Shown in pieces: positions 20,638-29,746 of a stretch of DNA of 64,000 bases. The stretch is from a bacterium. Its GTDB lineage: Bacteria > Eisenbacteria > RBG-16-71-46. Position numbers and translations under genes: made by a program. How positions within the stretch are numbered: the stretch's first letter is position 1; each line of letters starts with the position of its first letter. The DNA is taken from the NCBI GenBank assembly GCA_043779265.1, contig JAYWEM010000058.1, positions 2,362 through 66,361 of the forward strand. The letters run 5' to 3'. Below the pieces are notes generated by a model, which was not told the origin of the DNA, searched no databases, and worked only from the letters and a program-made list of their open reading frames with translations.

Positions 20638-20750
20638 CAAGCTCAGCGACGTCGGCGTCCTTCGCTCCGCCAAATCCCCCATGGCCTGGCGCGTACATGC
20701 CGGTCCGCGAGTGTCGGACTACCGGTTCCACTCAGGCACATGGGGGGGGT

Positions 20751-22613
20751 ATGCGTTCAAGACATGCTCGGTTGATCGCGGCGATTTCCTTGACCATCAC
20801 GTTGATCGCGCCACAGACGGCCCGCTCGGGGGGCTGGGGTGGCATCATGTTCGACACCTTCTCGATCGACCGCCTCTCCCCCGAGGCGGGTGCGCCAGGC
20901 GCCTACGGAGCCGCCGACATCTTTCTAGGTGGATTCTTACCGGGTCCTCCTGCGTGGCGCCCTTTTCCGGCCTTCGGGCTGGCACAACCAGACGAGATCG
21001 ATGCGATCACGTTCGGAGGGGCGTCCTGCTTCGCCTGTCCGCCCGGCAATAATCAACTTCAGCGGGTCTACTTCTCTGTTGACCGGGCAGCTGAAGGCTT
21101 GCCTGGCGGCGTCGTCAACTTCGAGTTAACTGTGGACGGGGCGGCCGGAGACATCTTCGTGCAGAACAATGACGGCGACCTCAAGCGATTGCCCGTCCTG
21201 TTCGCCAATGGCGGATTCCGCTTCGGTGTGGGTCGTGTGCTCGGGCTCACGAACGCGCCTGCTATTCCCTACTCCAACACGGATGCGTGGTCCGGTGGTG
21301 GCCCCAATGGGGCGCTGGCGCAGATGCCGATGCTGTTCTCGGTCGATCGACTGACGGCTGGCGCCATCGGAGTGAGCGGCGCGGACATCCTCCTGAACGA
21401 TCCATTCGGCGTGCCGGCCGCGATTGCGATTCCGTTTGCTGCACTCGGATTGGTCGCCGGCGACGACATCGACGCGCTGGACGCGTCGACACAGAACCTC
21501 GGGGCTCCAGCCATGGGCGACTGGATCTACTTCAGCCTCGACCCTCTTTCCCCCGCTCTGGCGCTGATCGGCGCAGGACCGGGTGACATCCTGGTTTCCA
21601 TTCTGGGCGGTGCCGGCCCGCTGATGTGGTCGCCCGCCGGGGCGCATGGACTTCTGCCGGGGGACAACCTCGATGCACTCGACATCTGGGACCCGGGCTT
21701 TCCACAGCTCGTCGAGGACGGGGGATTCCTCGAAGCGCACGCTGGGCATCGCTGCTCGTGGCCTGTGCCGTACGACCAGGCCCCTCCTGGAACCGGCGGC
21801 GAGATCGTCGTCCAACGTTCGGCATCGATTCCGAGCCCAGCCAACTGCACGGTGGACGCGTGCATGGTGGCCTGCCCGGGGGGCGACGTCCGATTCAACG
21901 TCATCGTGCGCGACCTGGCGAACAACCGGATCTCCGGTGCGGTCGTCGAGCTGAACTTCACACAGTGCCCGGGCTTCGTGCCGTGTGAATCGGACAACGC
22001 CTACACGCTCGACTGGGATCACCGCAGCATCCGCATGCCGAGCGACTTCGCCGGCGTCGCGAGCTTCCCGCTGCGAGGCGGTGGCTACTGCGATTCTGCC
22101 ACCGTGGAAGTGCGAGTGGATGGAGTGTTTCTCGGATCCCGTTCGCTCCGCTCGCCCGACATCGATGCGAGTCTCATGGTCACGGGTGACGATCGCCTCC
22201 TGCTCACCGCGCTCGAGGGTTCCGCCGGCCCCGCCGGGGACTTCGATTGCAGTGGCCTCGTGAGCGGCGCGTTCGATCCGCAGAACCCTCCGCCGCCACC
22301 GCCACCGCCGCTCGATGTCCCGCCGACGGATCCGACGGCGAGCAGATTCACGGTTCGACTTGCATCGAATCCGCTTCGTGCCGGTTCGACCTCGAGTCTG
22401 ATCATCGGCACACGTGCGGCCGGCACGGTCGTTGCCGACCTCCACGATCTCTCCGGGCGCCGCATCGAGCGCAACTTCTTCGAGTCCGCGGGGCGTGGTC
22501 TGGCTTCGCATGCTTGGCGAGTGCCGGCCGATCTGCCCGCAGGCGTCTACTCGATGAGGCTCCGCTCGGGATCCGAGGCTGCCTCGGTCCGCATCGTGGT
22601 CATTGGTCGCTGA
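20751..22613 (+). CDS. secreted repeat protein with a poly-Pro linker and a C-terminal FlgD-Ig-like sorting domain
   Basis: ATG at 20751 follows a G8 tract. Signal peptide 'MRSRHARLIAAISLTITLIAPQTARS'. A recurring 'FS(I/V)DR...G..DI(F/L)' module is present, then 'PPPPPPPPL', and the protein ends 'AGVYSMRLRSGSEAASVRIVVIGR'. Confidence 0.7.
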   Translation: MRSRHARLIAAISLTITLIAPQTARSGGWGGIMFDTFSIDRLSPEAGAPGAYGAADIFLGGFLPGPPAWRPFPAFGLAQPDEIDAITFGGASCFACPPGNNQLQRVYFSVDRAAEGLPGGVVNFELTVDGAAGDIFVQNNDGDLKRLPVLFANGGFRFGVGRVLGLTNAPAIPYSNTDAWSGGGPNGALAQMPMLFSVDRLTAGAIGVSGADILLNDPFGVPAAIAIPFAALGLVAGDDIDALDASTQNLGAPAMGDWIYFSLDPLSPALALIGAGPGDILVSILGGAGPLMWSPAGAHGLLPGDNLDALDIWDPGFPQLVEDGGFLEAHAGHRCSWPVPYDQAPPGTGGEIVVQRSASIPSPANCTVDACMVACPGGDVRFNVIVRDLANNRISGAVVELNFTQCPGFVPCESDNAYTLDWDHRSIRMPSDFAGVASFPLRGGGYCDSATVEVRVDGVFLGSRSLRSPDIDASLMVTGDDRLLLTALEGSAGPAGDFDCSGLVSGAFDPQNPPPPPPPPLDVPPTDPTASRFTVRLASNPLRAGSTSSLIIGTRAAGTVVADLHDLSGRRIERNFFESAGRGLASHAWRVPADLPAGVYSMRLRSGSEAASVRIVVIGR

Positions 22614-22639
22614 CGTGGCCGTGCGCCCCCGCTCGAGCC

Positions 22640-22659
22640 CCAGCGGCTCGAGCCGCTGG
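22640..22659 (+). terminator. perfect 20-nt palindrome (ccagcggctc/gagccgctgg), candidate terminator hairpin
   Basis: Lies 26 nt after the stop of the 20751-22613 gene and has no U-tract. It directly abuts the atpD-like repeat. Confidence 0.35.
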
Positions 22660-22730
22660 CACGCGCGCGCCGCATCCAGAAGTTCCTGTCGCAGCCGTTC
22701 TTCGTCGCCGACACGATCTCGGGCGGGCCG
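22658..22730 (+). repeat. chimeric atpD'/atpC' relic (duplicate of 20101-20154 joined to 20567-20590)
   Basis: 22658-22711 equals 20101-20154 (54 nt, 1 mismatch). 22707-22730 equals 20567-20590 (24 nt, 1 mismatch). The two segments are joined at a shared GCCGA. Confidence 0.9.
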
Positions 22731-22856
22731 GGGGAGTAGCGCCGGCCCCAGCAGATCCGACGCCCCGAGAATCCGGATGACATCCGGCTGAGCCTGTTCC
22801 ATGATCACGTGAGCGCTCGCTCGTCGCGTGCGCGTTCTGAGGCCGAGGGGGCTCCG

Positions 22857-23588
22857 ATGACCCGCCGCTCGCTTCACCTACTGCTCCTGATCGGTGCTCT
22901 GACGGGCAGCCTGTGGCCCGCGGGCGCACGTGCCGATATCCTCGTGCGGCCCTTCGCCCTGGCTGCGTTCTCGAGCACGCCTGCGACCGGCTCAGCCGAA
23001 GCCGAGTCGCGAGGGCTTCCGACTCCTGCGGCGACGAGCGCCCCGGTGTGCAACGCCGCGTACTGCGTTCCCGACCCGTGGGTCGGATACGGCTGGCAAG
23101 TGGCCGGCGTCACCGACGGTTTCTACAAGGCGGGCCAGGTCTTCAAGCCGCTCGTCTCGGGCGCCCTCACCGAGGTGCAGATCGGGCTCTCCAGCCTGGG
23201 GCCGCACCCTGCCGTCGCCGAGATCCGCACCGTGGTGGGAGGACTGCCCACAGCCACCGTGCTCGCGTCCGTCGTCGTCCCCGGAGCCTTCTACAGCGAC
23301 CGGCATCTTCACACCGCCAGCTTCGAGGGGCAGAACGTCATGCTGGATGCGGGCGCCTCGTACGCGCTCGTGATGCGGGCGTCGGGCCCCACCGTGATCA
23401 CGGTGCTCGGCCGCTACCCGGCATGCAATGTGTCGACCACCGGGTCGAGTCACTTCGTGGACACGTACGACTTCGGAGCCACATGGCAGGCGCGAACCGA
23501 CCGGTCGTTCGCCTATCGCATCTGCGTCGAGGCGGTCGTGCCGGCGCGGACCCGCTCGTGGGGCGGCCTCAAGCTGCACTATCGCTGA
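22857..23588 (+). CDS. secreted hypothetical protein
   Basis: Signal peptide 'MTRRSLHLLLLIGALTGSLWPAGARA'. The composition is protein-like, and the protein ends '...PARTRSWGGLKLHYR'. Confidence 0.6.
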   Translation: MTRRSLHLLLLIGALTGSLWPAGARADILVRPFALAAFSSTPATGSAEAESRGLPTPAATSAPVCNAAYCVPDPWVGYGWQVAGVTDGFYKAGQVFKPLVSGALTEVQIGLSSLGPHPAVAEIRTVVGGLPTATVLASVVVPGAFYSDRHLHTASFEGQNVMLDAGASYALVMRASGPTVITVLGRYPACNVSTTGSSHFVDTYDFGATWQARTDRSFAYRICVEAVVPARTRSWGGLKLHYR

Positions 23589-23634
23589 GCGGGGTTTGCG
23601 GAGCGAGCGGCCGAGGCGCGAGTATCCAGCTCCC

Positions 23635-23874
23635 ATGACCGACCCCCAGCGCAACAATCCGCTGCACGGCATCACGCTCGAGGCCATGCTGCGCGAGATG
23701 GTCGAGCGGCATGGCTGGGATGGGCTGGCGCGCGACCTGCCGATCCGCTGCTTCCTCGTGGAGCCCAGCCTGACCTCGGCGCTCAAGTACCTGCGCAAGG
23801 CGCCGAGGGCCCGGCTGAAGGTCGAGGCGCTCTACCTCAGCTTCGCCGCCAAGCAAGCCCGCCGCCCGAGGTGA
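23635..23874 (+). CDS. VF530/DUF2132-family small DNA-binding-like protein
   Basis: 79 aa, reading 'NPLHGITLEAMLREMVERHGWDGLA...IRCF...PSLTSALKYLRKAPRARLKVEALYL'. This is the characteristic DUF2132 pattern. Confidence 0.7.
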   Translation: MTDPQRNNPLHGITLEAMLREMVERHGWDGLARDLPIRCFLVEPSLTSALKYLRKAPRARLKVEALYLSFAAKQARRPR

Positions 23875-23947
23875 TGTCACGCCGCCCGTGAGAGCGGCCG
23901 AGCGGGCGAGCCGGGAATAATCGGCACGACTCGCGCGTAGGCTGGGC

Positions 23948-24820
23948 ATGACGCCCGCATCCCGCCTTTCGCGCATCGACCCGAGGCTCTACCAGATCGC
24001 CACGCTGAGTGGCCTGCTGGTCTTCGGCGTTGTACGCCTCGAGTTCGACGTCTCCCTGCTCGGTGCCGGCGCGATCCTCTCGGCCGCACTGCTGACCCAG
24101 CTCGTCTGCACGAGGCTGTCGGGCCTGCCCACCTTCGATCCGAAGAGCCCGCTCATCTCGGCGCTCTCGCTGATGCTGCTGCTGCGCTCGGACTCCGCGA
24201 TGGTGCTTGCGGCAGCGGCCGTCCTCACGATCGCCTCCAAGTTCGTGCTGCGATGGAACGGCAAGCACCTGTTCAATCCGACCAACTTCGGCCTCGTCGT
24301 GATGCTCATCGTCGGAGCCGGCTGGGCTTCGCCCGGGCAATGGGGCAGCGCCGCCACGTTCGGGTTCCTCATCGCCTGCCTGGGCGGTCTGGTCGTGAAT
24401 CGCGCCGCGCGCAGTGACGTGACCTACGCGTTCCTCGCCAGCTACGCAGGCCTCCTGTTCGCACGCGCGCTGTGGTTGGGCCAGCCCTTCGCGATCCCGC
24501 TGCATCAGCTGCAGAACGGTGCGTTCCTGATCTTCACGTTCTTCATGATCTCCGATCCCCGGACGACACCCGACTCGCGGCTCGGACGAACGCTGTTCGC
24601 GTTCCTCGTGGCGGCGGTCGCGGTGTTCATCCAGTTCGGACTCCATCGCACCAACGGCCTCTTGTGGTCGTTGGCTGTGATGGCCCTGGCGGTGCCCCTG
24701 ATCGACCGGCTGCTGCCGGGCGACCGGCATCAGTGGGCCCGCTCGTCTGCTCCGACGCCACCGGCGCAGGAGCCCATCCCGGCGGGGGCGTTCGCGCTCC
24801 GCCACAGGAGTCATCCATGA
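23948..24820 (+). CDS. RnfD/NqrB-like polytopic membrane protein (NQR2/RnfD/RnfE superfamily, orphan)
   Basis: Multi-TM protein with 'KHLFNPTNFGLV' and 'FFMISDPRTTP'. No other rnf or nqr genes are nearby. Confidence 0.7.
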   Translation: MTPASRLSRIDPRLYQIATLSGLLVFGVVRLEFDVSLLGAGAILSAALLTQLVCTRLSGLPTFDPKSPLISALSLMLLLRSDSAMVLAAAAVLTIASKFVLRWNGKHLFNPTNFGLVVMLIVGAGWASPGQWGSAATFGFLIACLGGLVVNRAARSDVTYAFLASYAGLLFARALWLGQPFAIPLHQLQNGAFLIFTFFMISDPRTTPDSRLGRTLFAFLVAAVAVFIQFGLHRTNGLLWSLAVMALAVPLIDRLLPGDRHQWARSSAPTPPAQEPIPAGAFALRHRSHP

Positions 24821-26157
24821 GACCGCTGATCGGCGGCGCCCTGTTTTGCCTTGGCGCCGCACTGCTCTCCGCCCCGGCCCACGCCTTCTGCGGTTTCTAC
24901 GTCGCCGGCGGCGATGCCACGCTCTTCAATCAGGCCTCGCAGGTCGTCCTCGTGCGAGACGGCGACCGCACGGTGATCACGATGGCCAACGACTTCAAAG
25001 GCGATGTGCAGGAGTTCGCCATCGTCGTGCCGGTGCCGGTCGTGCTCGAGCGCGGCCAGATCCACGTCGGGAATCAGGCGGACATCGACCATCTCGATGC
25101 GTTCACCGCGCCGAGACTCGTCGAGTACTTCGACGAGAACCCCTGCCTGCTCGCCACCAAGGAGATGAGCGCCAAGCGAAGCCAAGCGCCGTCGGCCCCG
25201 TCCATGGGAAGCGCCGACTGGCGCGCCGACAACCTGGGCGTCAGGATCGAGGCGCGCTACACGGTGGGCGAGTACGACATCCTGATCCTCTCGGCCCGTC
25301 AGAGTGACGGCCTCGCGATCTGGCTCCGCGAGAATCATTATCGTGTGCCGGCGGGAGCCGCGCGCGTGCTGCAGGGCTACATCCGAGACGGCATGAAGTT
25401 CTTCGTGGCGAAGGTGAATCTCAAGGAGAAGCAGAAGATGGGGTTCTCCAACCTGCGTCCGATCCAGATGGCCTACGAGGACGCGCGCTTCATGCTGCCG
25501 ATCCGACTCGGCATGGCCAATGCCAACGGACCGCAGGACCTGATCGTCTACGCCATCACCAAGCAGGGCCGCGTCGAGACCACCAACTACCGCACGGTGA
25601 AGCTGCCGAGCGATGTCGAGGTCCCGGCCTTCGTGAAGGGGGACTTCGCGCGCTTTTACCGCGACCTGTTCCGCGAGCAGGTGCGCAAGCACGACATGCG
25701 CGTCGTGTTCACGGAGTACGCCTGGGACATGGCGTGGTGCGATCCGTGCGCCACCAACCCGCTTTCGGCCGAGCAACTTCGTGCGCTCGGCGTGTTCTGG
25801 ATCGAGCCGGGCGCTGGCCGAGGTGGCGCCCAGAACGCCTTCGTCACGCGGCTGCACGTGCGCTACGACGCCGAGCTCTTCCCCTCCGACTTGCAGCTGC
25901 AAGTCACGGCCGATCGCACCAACTTCCAGGGGCGCTACATCGTGCGGCACTTCTGGGAGGGAGATGACGAGTGCAAAGCGGCTGCGCAGTACCGAGACGG
26001 ACTGGCGGCCCGACGTGAAAGCCAGGGCAACCAGCTCGCCGCACTCACCGGCTGGAGCCTCACCGACATCCGCAAGCGTATGGCCGTCGCGGCCGATTGG
26101 TCCTCACCACGCGATCGGCAGCGCTGGTGGCACAAGCTGTGGGGTGACCCGCGATGA
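24817..26157 (+). CDS. DUF2330-domain secreted protein
   Basis: ATGA overlap with the upstream membrane protein. Signal peptide '...LLSAPAHA' is followed by 'FCGFYVAGGDATLFNQASQVVLVRDG', the typical DUF2330 N-terminus. Confidence 0.75.
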   Translation: MRPLIGGALFCLGAALLSAPAHAFCGFYVAGGDATLFNQASQVVLVRDGDRTVITMANDFKGDVQEFAIVVPVPVVLERGQIHVGNQADIDHLDAFTAPRLVEYFDENPCLLATKEMSAKRSQAPSAPSMGSADWRADNLGVRIEARYTVGEYDILILSARQSDGLAIWLRENHYRVPAGAARVLQGYIRDGMKFFVAKVNLKEKQKMGFSNLRPIQMAYEDARFMLPIRLGMANANGPQDLIVYAITKQGRVETTNYRTVKLPSDVEVPAFVKGDFARFYRDLFREQVRKHDMRVVFTEYAWDMAWCDPCATNPLSAEQLRALGVFWIEPGAGRGGAQNAFVTRLHVRYDAELFPSDLQLQVTADRTNFQGRYIVRHFWEGDDECKAAAQYRDGLAARRESQGNQLAALTGWSLTDIRKRMAVAADWSSPRDRQRWWHKLWGDPR

Positions 26158-26193
26158 GCCAGGCGGCTGCGAGCGGCGTCCACTCGCTTCGAA

Positions 26194-27522
26194 TCAGGGG
26201 ATACCCGGGTCGCCCTCGGGTTCCTCCTCGGAGTCCTCGGGGTCCTCGATCACCGGGGCGGGCGCTTGTCTGCGGGTCATCCACGGCAGCAGCAGGAGGC
26301 AGGCGAGCCCGAGCGCGGCGTCGAGCGCCAGCGTGACTGGGTATCCCCAGCGCGCGAGCGCCGCTCCCTGCCAGCGCGCGCTGTAGGCGATGGCGAAGTT
26401 GAGCAGCGCCATGTAGGCCGTGAACTGCGTCGCGGCGACGCGCGGGACGGTCACGTCCATGAAGAGCGCCGAGCGCGTGCCGTACATGAGCCCGTTGAAG
26501 ACGGCGTAGGCGATGCTCGCGATCCAGAACTGCTGGACGAGTAGCGCCGAGGGGATCGGCCGGTCCGGCATCGTGATCGATACCGGCATGACCCAGCCCG
26601 CCTGCTGCATCTGCCAGGCGAGGATCATCGTGGGCACGCTCATGGCGAAGATGAAGAGGCCGAGCGCGAGGCGTCGCCCGATGCGGTCGGAGATCCACCC
26701 GCCGATCACGCAGAAGATCGCCGAGGCGATCGCGGTCCACAGGTTGAGCGTGGCCACTTGTGGATCGCTCAAGCCCAGCTCGACGGCGAGATTCGATTGG
26801 AGTGCCAGTCCGAGCGCGTAGGCGCCCGCCGGAAGCAGCGCGAAGATCAGTCCGATGAAGGCGCCACGCGATCCGAGGAACGCCTTCGCCGAGTCGCGCA
26901 CGAACCCGGCCATCTCGCGGCGGATCGTCTGGAATCGACTCGGGCCCCTGGGCGGTACGACGGCCCGTGGCTCCTCTCGCAGGGGCAGCGCGATGAAGAG
27001 CGTGACCAACAGGATGAGCGCCGCGACGGCGAAGTAGGTGGGCGGGAAGCCGATGACCGGCGCGAGGAAGAGCACCCCCGAGCCGCCGACGGCGATCCCG
27101 AGATAGGCGCCGCTGAACATGACGCCGTTGGCGACGCCGCGTTCCTCTGCGGGCAGCACGTTCACCGCCAGAGCGTCGATCGCGACGTCCATCGTCGCGG
27201 CGAACAGGTTGTGACAGAAGATGATCGCCGTGAAGAGCGGGAGCTGGCCGACGAAGTCGATCGGATAGGCGACCATGAGGGTCGCGACCATCAGCAGCTG
27301 CATCACCACGATCCAGACGCGGCGTCTGCCGAATCGATCCGATGAGAAGACGTCTACGATGGGGCCGACGGCCCACTTGAAGGCCCACGGCAGGTAGAGC
27401 GACGCGACGAATGCACCGATCGCCTCGACACCAACGTCCTGACGGCGCATCTGCGTCGCGATGGCCGTCGCGGTGAATCCGAGCGGCACGCCCTCGACCA
27501 GATAGAGGAAGAAGAACGCCAC
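26194..27522 (-). CDS. MFS transporter, AmpG/PAT-like permease
   Basis: 12-TM-like hydrophobic profile with '[14 protein letters not shown]...GRRRVW', the AmpG signature. The frame stays open upstream of the GTG at 27522, so the true start may lie further upstream. Confidence 0.75.
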   Translation of the reverse strand: MAFFFLYLVEGVPLGFTATAIATQMRRQDVGVEAIGAFVASLYLPWAFKWAVGPIVDVFSSDRFGRRRVWIVVMQLLMVATLMVAYPIDFVGQLPLFTAIIFCHNLFAATMDVAIDALAVNVLPAEERGVANGVMFSGAYLGIAVGGSGVLFLAPVIGFPPTYFAVAALILLVTLFIALPLREEPRAVVPPRGPSRFQTIRREMAGFVRDSAKAFLGSRGAFIGLIFALLPAGAYALGLALQSNLAVELGLSDPQVATLNLWTAIASAIFCVIGGWISDRIGRRLALGLFIFAMSVPTMILAWQMQQAGWVMPVSITMPDRPIPSALLVQQFWIASIAYAVFNGLMYGTRSALFMDVTVPRVAATQFTAYMALLNFAIAYSARWQGAALARWGYPVTLALDAALGLACLLLLPWMTRRQAPAPVIEDPEDSEEEPEGDPGIP

Positions 27523-27611
27523 GAGGCGGCCGTGTCGGGTCGCCAGAAGGTCGTAACGCAGGGCCTTCTCCTGGGTCGGGGACGGGAGCCGGGCGAGTCG
27601 GGGTTCGAGGT

Positions 27612-28286
27612 GTGACGAAGCAGCCTACGCCGCGTCGTGCCGTGACGAAAGAACTTTCCCGATGGCGAGGCCGGCTCGTGACGCTACCCGGCTCGCGAGT
27701 CCTGTGGTCTCATACGGACATGTCACGCGTGATCTTGTTCCACAAGCCCTTCGGCATGCTCTGCACGTTCACCGGTGAGCCCGGACAGCGAACGCTGTCC
27801 GAGTGCATCGATGTCCAGGGTGTCTACGCTGCCGGGCGACTCGACCGGGACAGCGAGGGGCTGCTCGTGCTGACGGACGACGGTCGGCTCCAGGAACAAC
27901 TGACTCATCCGAGGCACGCGCATCGCAAGACCTATTGGGTGCAGGTGGAGGGGGAGGTCGCCCAGGAGGCCATCGACCGGCTGAGTGGCGGCGTCCTTCT
28001 GAACGATGGGCCGACGATGCCGGTCGACGTGTTCCGAATCGCTGAGCCCGAACTCCCGCCTCGCGAACCACCCATCCGGGTCCGTCAGCACATCCCCACG
28101 TCCTGGCTCGAGCTGACGCTGAGCGAAGGTCGCAATCGTCAGGTACGCCGCATGACGGCCGCGGTCGGCCATCCCACGCTGCGCCTCGTGCGCGTGGCGC
28201 TCGGTCCGTGGGCGCTCGGGGATCTCGGGCCCGGGAAGTGGCGCGTGGCGCCGCGGCCGCGCGGCGCCGATGCTCTCAGCGGCTGA
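27612..28286 (+). CDS. rluE: RluE/RsuA-family pseudouridine synthase
   Basis: Reads '[14 protein letters not shown]...[22 protein letters not shown]...[10 protein letters not shown]'. Alternative ATG start at 27720. Confidence 0.8.
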   Translation: MTKQPTPRRAVTKELSRWRGRLVTLPGSRVLWSHTDMSRVILFHKPFGMLCTFTGEPGQRTLSECIDVQGVYAAGRLDRDSEGLLVLTDDGRLQEQLTHPRHAHRKTYWVQVEGEVAQEAIDRLSGGVLLNDGPTMPVDVFRIAEPELPPREPPIRVRQHIPTSWLELTLSEGRNRQVRRMTAAVGHPTLRLVRVALGPWALGDLGPGKWRVAPRPRGADALSG

Positions 28287-28959
28287 GGACGATTGGCTCG
28301 AGTTCGGAGGTCGAGAGCACATCGCCGTCGCGCAGCGCCTCGACTCTCACGAAGAGCGTCTCGCCAGTCGCGAACGCGGGCCATGCCGAACGAGCGAGCG
28401 TGGCCGACGTGCCGGCCGTGAGCGGTAGCTCGAACCGAGTCTCGAGGGCGGGGCCGAGGATCGTGACGGCGTAGAGCGTCGCGGTCGGCTCCGAGGACCA
28501 GTGCAAAGCGAGCGCTTCGCTGCCGATGGCGACGGCGCGCCACTCGAGCGACGGATGGTGGACTCCGCCCCGGAGTGCATCGGGATCGGGTGCAGGCGAG
28601 CGAACGGACCACACGCCGGCTGCGACCACGGCCAGAGTGGCGAATGCGAGTGCAGGCGCTCGCGCCGGGCCCGCCCACCATGTTGCGAGCCTCTTGCCCA
28701 GGGATTCCGTGGCGCGTGGATGCGTGCGTGCATCCGCCTCAGGAGCGAGGATCTCGGCGACAGCGCCTTTCAGCCGATGCTCGGCCGCGACGAGGTCGGC
28801 GCCCGCCGGCACATCGGTTGCGGCGAGGAAATCGTTGTACTCGAGCAGCATCGCTGAACAGCGCGGGCACTGACGAACGTGCTGCATCATCGGATGCTCG
28901 GGTGGAAGGCTCGGTAGCTCGTGCAGTCGGTCCGCGGCCAGACAGGGTTGGATCGTCAT
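28276..28959 (-). CDS. anti-sigma factor (zf-HC2 type, single TM, periplasmic C-terminal domain)
   Basis: ATGA overlap with the sigma gene. '[10 protein letters not shown]' zinc motif, a TM helix '[15 protein letters not shown]', and a C-terminal beta-rich domain. Confidence 0.6.
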   Translation of the reverse strand: MTIQPCLAADRLHELPSLPPEHPMMQHVRQCPRCSAMLLEYNDFLAATDVPAGADLVAAEHRLKGAVAEILAPEADARTHPRATESLGKRLATWWAGPARAPALAFATLAVVAAGVWSVRSPAPDPDALRGGVHHPSLEWRAVAIGSEALALHWSSEPTATLYAVTILGPALETRFELPLTAGTSATLARSAWPAFATGETLFVRVEALRDGDVLSTSELEPIVLSR

Positions 28960-29549
28960 GTGCCCTCCGCCCTGGTGAGGGGGTCCATCGCGGCTCTCAA
29001 CTTGCGTCGTGCACGTTGCAGGAGTCCGCGAGCGCCAGTGGCATTCTCGAGACCGAGCAAGCGGGTGATCTCCTCGACGGGCAAACGCTCCTCGATCGAC
29101 ATCCACAGCGCCGTGCGCTCGGTCTCATCGAGGTGGGTTCGCAGCAGATCGCGGACCTGCTCGGAGGCCTGCTCGTTCTCGAGCACGGTCTCGGCGTTCG
29201 GCAGGAGCGAGGTCAGGTCGTCGAGTTCGGCAGCCGTGTCGAACGGGATGCGCGAGCGCGTGGCCTCGGTGATGCAGCGATTCCTCGCGATGGCGAACAG
29301 CCACGAGGAGAACTTCGACCGACTCTCGAACGAAGGCAAGGCTCGGAACGCCCGCACCAGCACCTCCTGCGCCAGATCCATCGCCCGCTCGTGATCGCGG
29401 ACGTTGCGAAGACACCAGAGGTAGACCGCGCGCTGATAGCGCCCGAGCAGCTCCGAGCAGGCGGCCTGGCCCGCGGCTCCCTCGCGATCGGCGAGGTAGC
29501 GGCGGAGCAGATCCTCGTCGCTCGCGAGGCCCGGTGTCTCCCGTGTCAT
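28956..29549 (-). CDS. ECF-type RNA polymerase sigma factor
   Basis: Region 2 reads 'DLAQEVLVRAF...FSSWLFAIARNRCI'. Region 4 reads 'RTALWMSIEERLPVEEITRLLG'. The start at 29549 has GGAG 9 nt upstream, and an alternative start lies at 29564. Confidence 0.85.
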   Translation of the reverse strand: MTRETPGLASDEDLLRRYLADREGAAGQAACSELLGRYQRAVYLWCLRNVRDHERAMDLAQEVLVRAFRALPSFESRSKFSSWLFAIARNRCITEATRSRIPFDTAAELDDLTSLLPNAETVLENEQASEQVRDLLRTHLDETERTALWMSIEERLPVEEITRLLGLENATGARGLLQRARRKLRAAMDPLTRAEGT

Positions 29550-29691
29550 GGCGTAGGACTCCATGGGGGTGCGGAGCGTCACAGCGAGCGCCCCATGAAT
29601 CGTCACGGGGCGATGCGGGGGGAGTCTGGACTGGCGAGGGCCCGCTCACAAGTCCAAGCCCGGCTTGAACATGGGGCCTCGTTTGAAACGA

Positions 29692-29730
29692 CATCGGCCC
29701 GCGACCCGAATGCCGGGCCGCGGGCCGATG
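29692..29730 (-). terminator. intrinsic-terminator-like hairpin after the M32 gene
   Basis: Perfect 12-bp GC-rich stem, catcggcccgcg/cgcgggccgatg, with a 15-nt loop. On the minus strand it lies 17 nt after the stop and is followed by UCGUUUC. Confidence 0.5.
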
Positions 29731-29746
29731 CACTGGACTCGATCAC

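Noticed and set aside
22547-22929. Short ORFs over the atp relic and the following gap: 22603-22791(+), 22547-22783(-) and 22600-22929(-).
   Set aside because: Their only protein-like stretches are the duplicated atpD/atpC fragments (for example '[18 protein letters not shown]' is the antisense of atpD at both loci). I treat them as relic sequence, not as genes.
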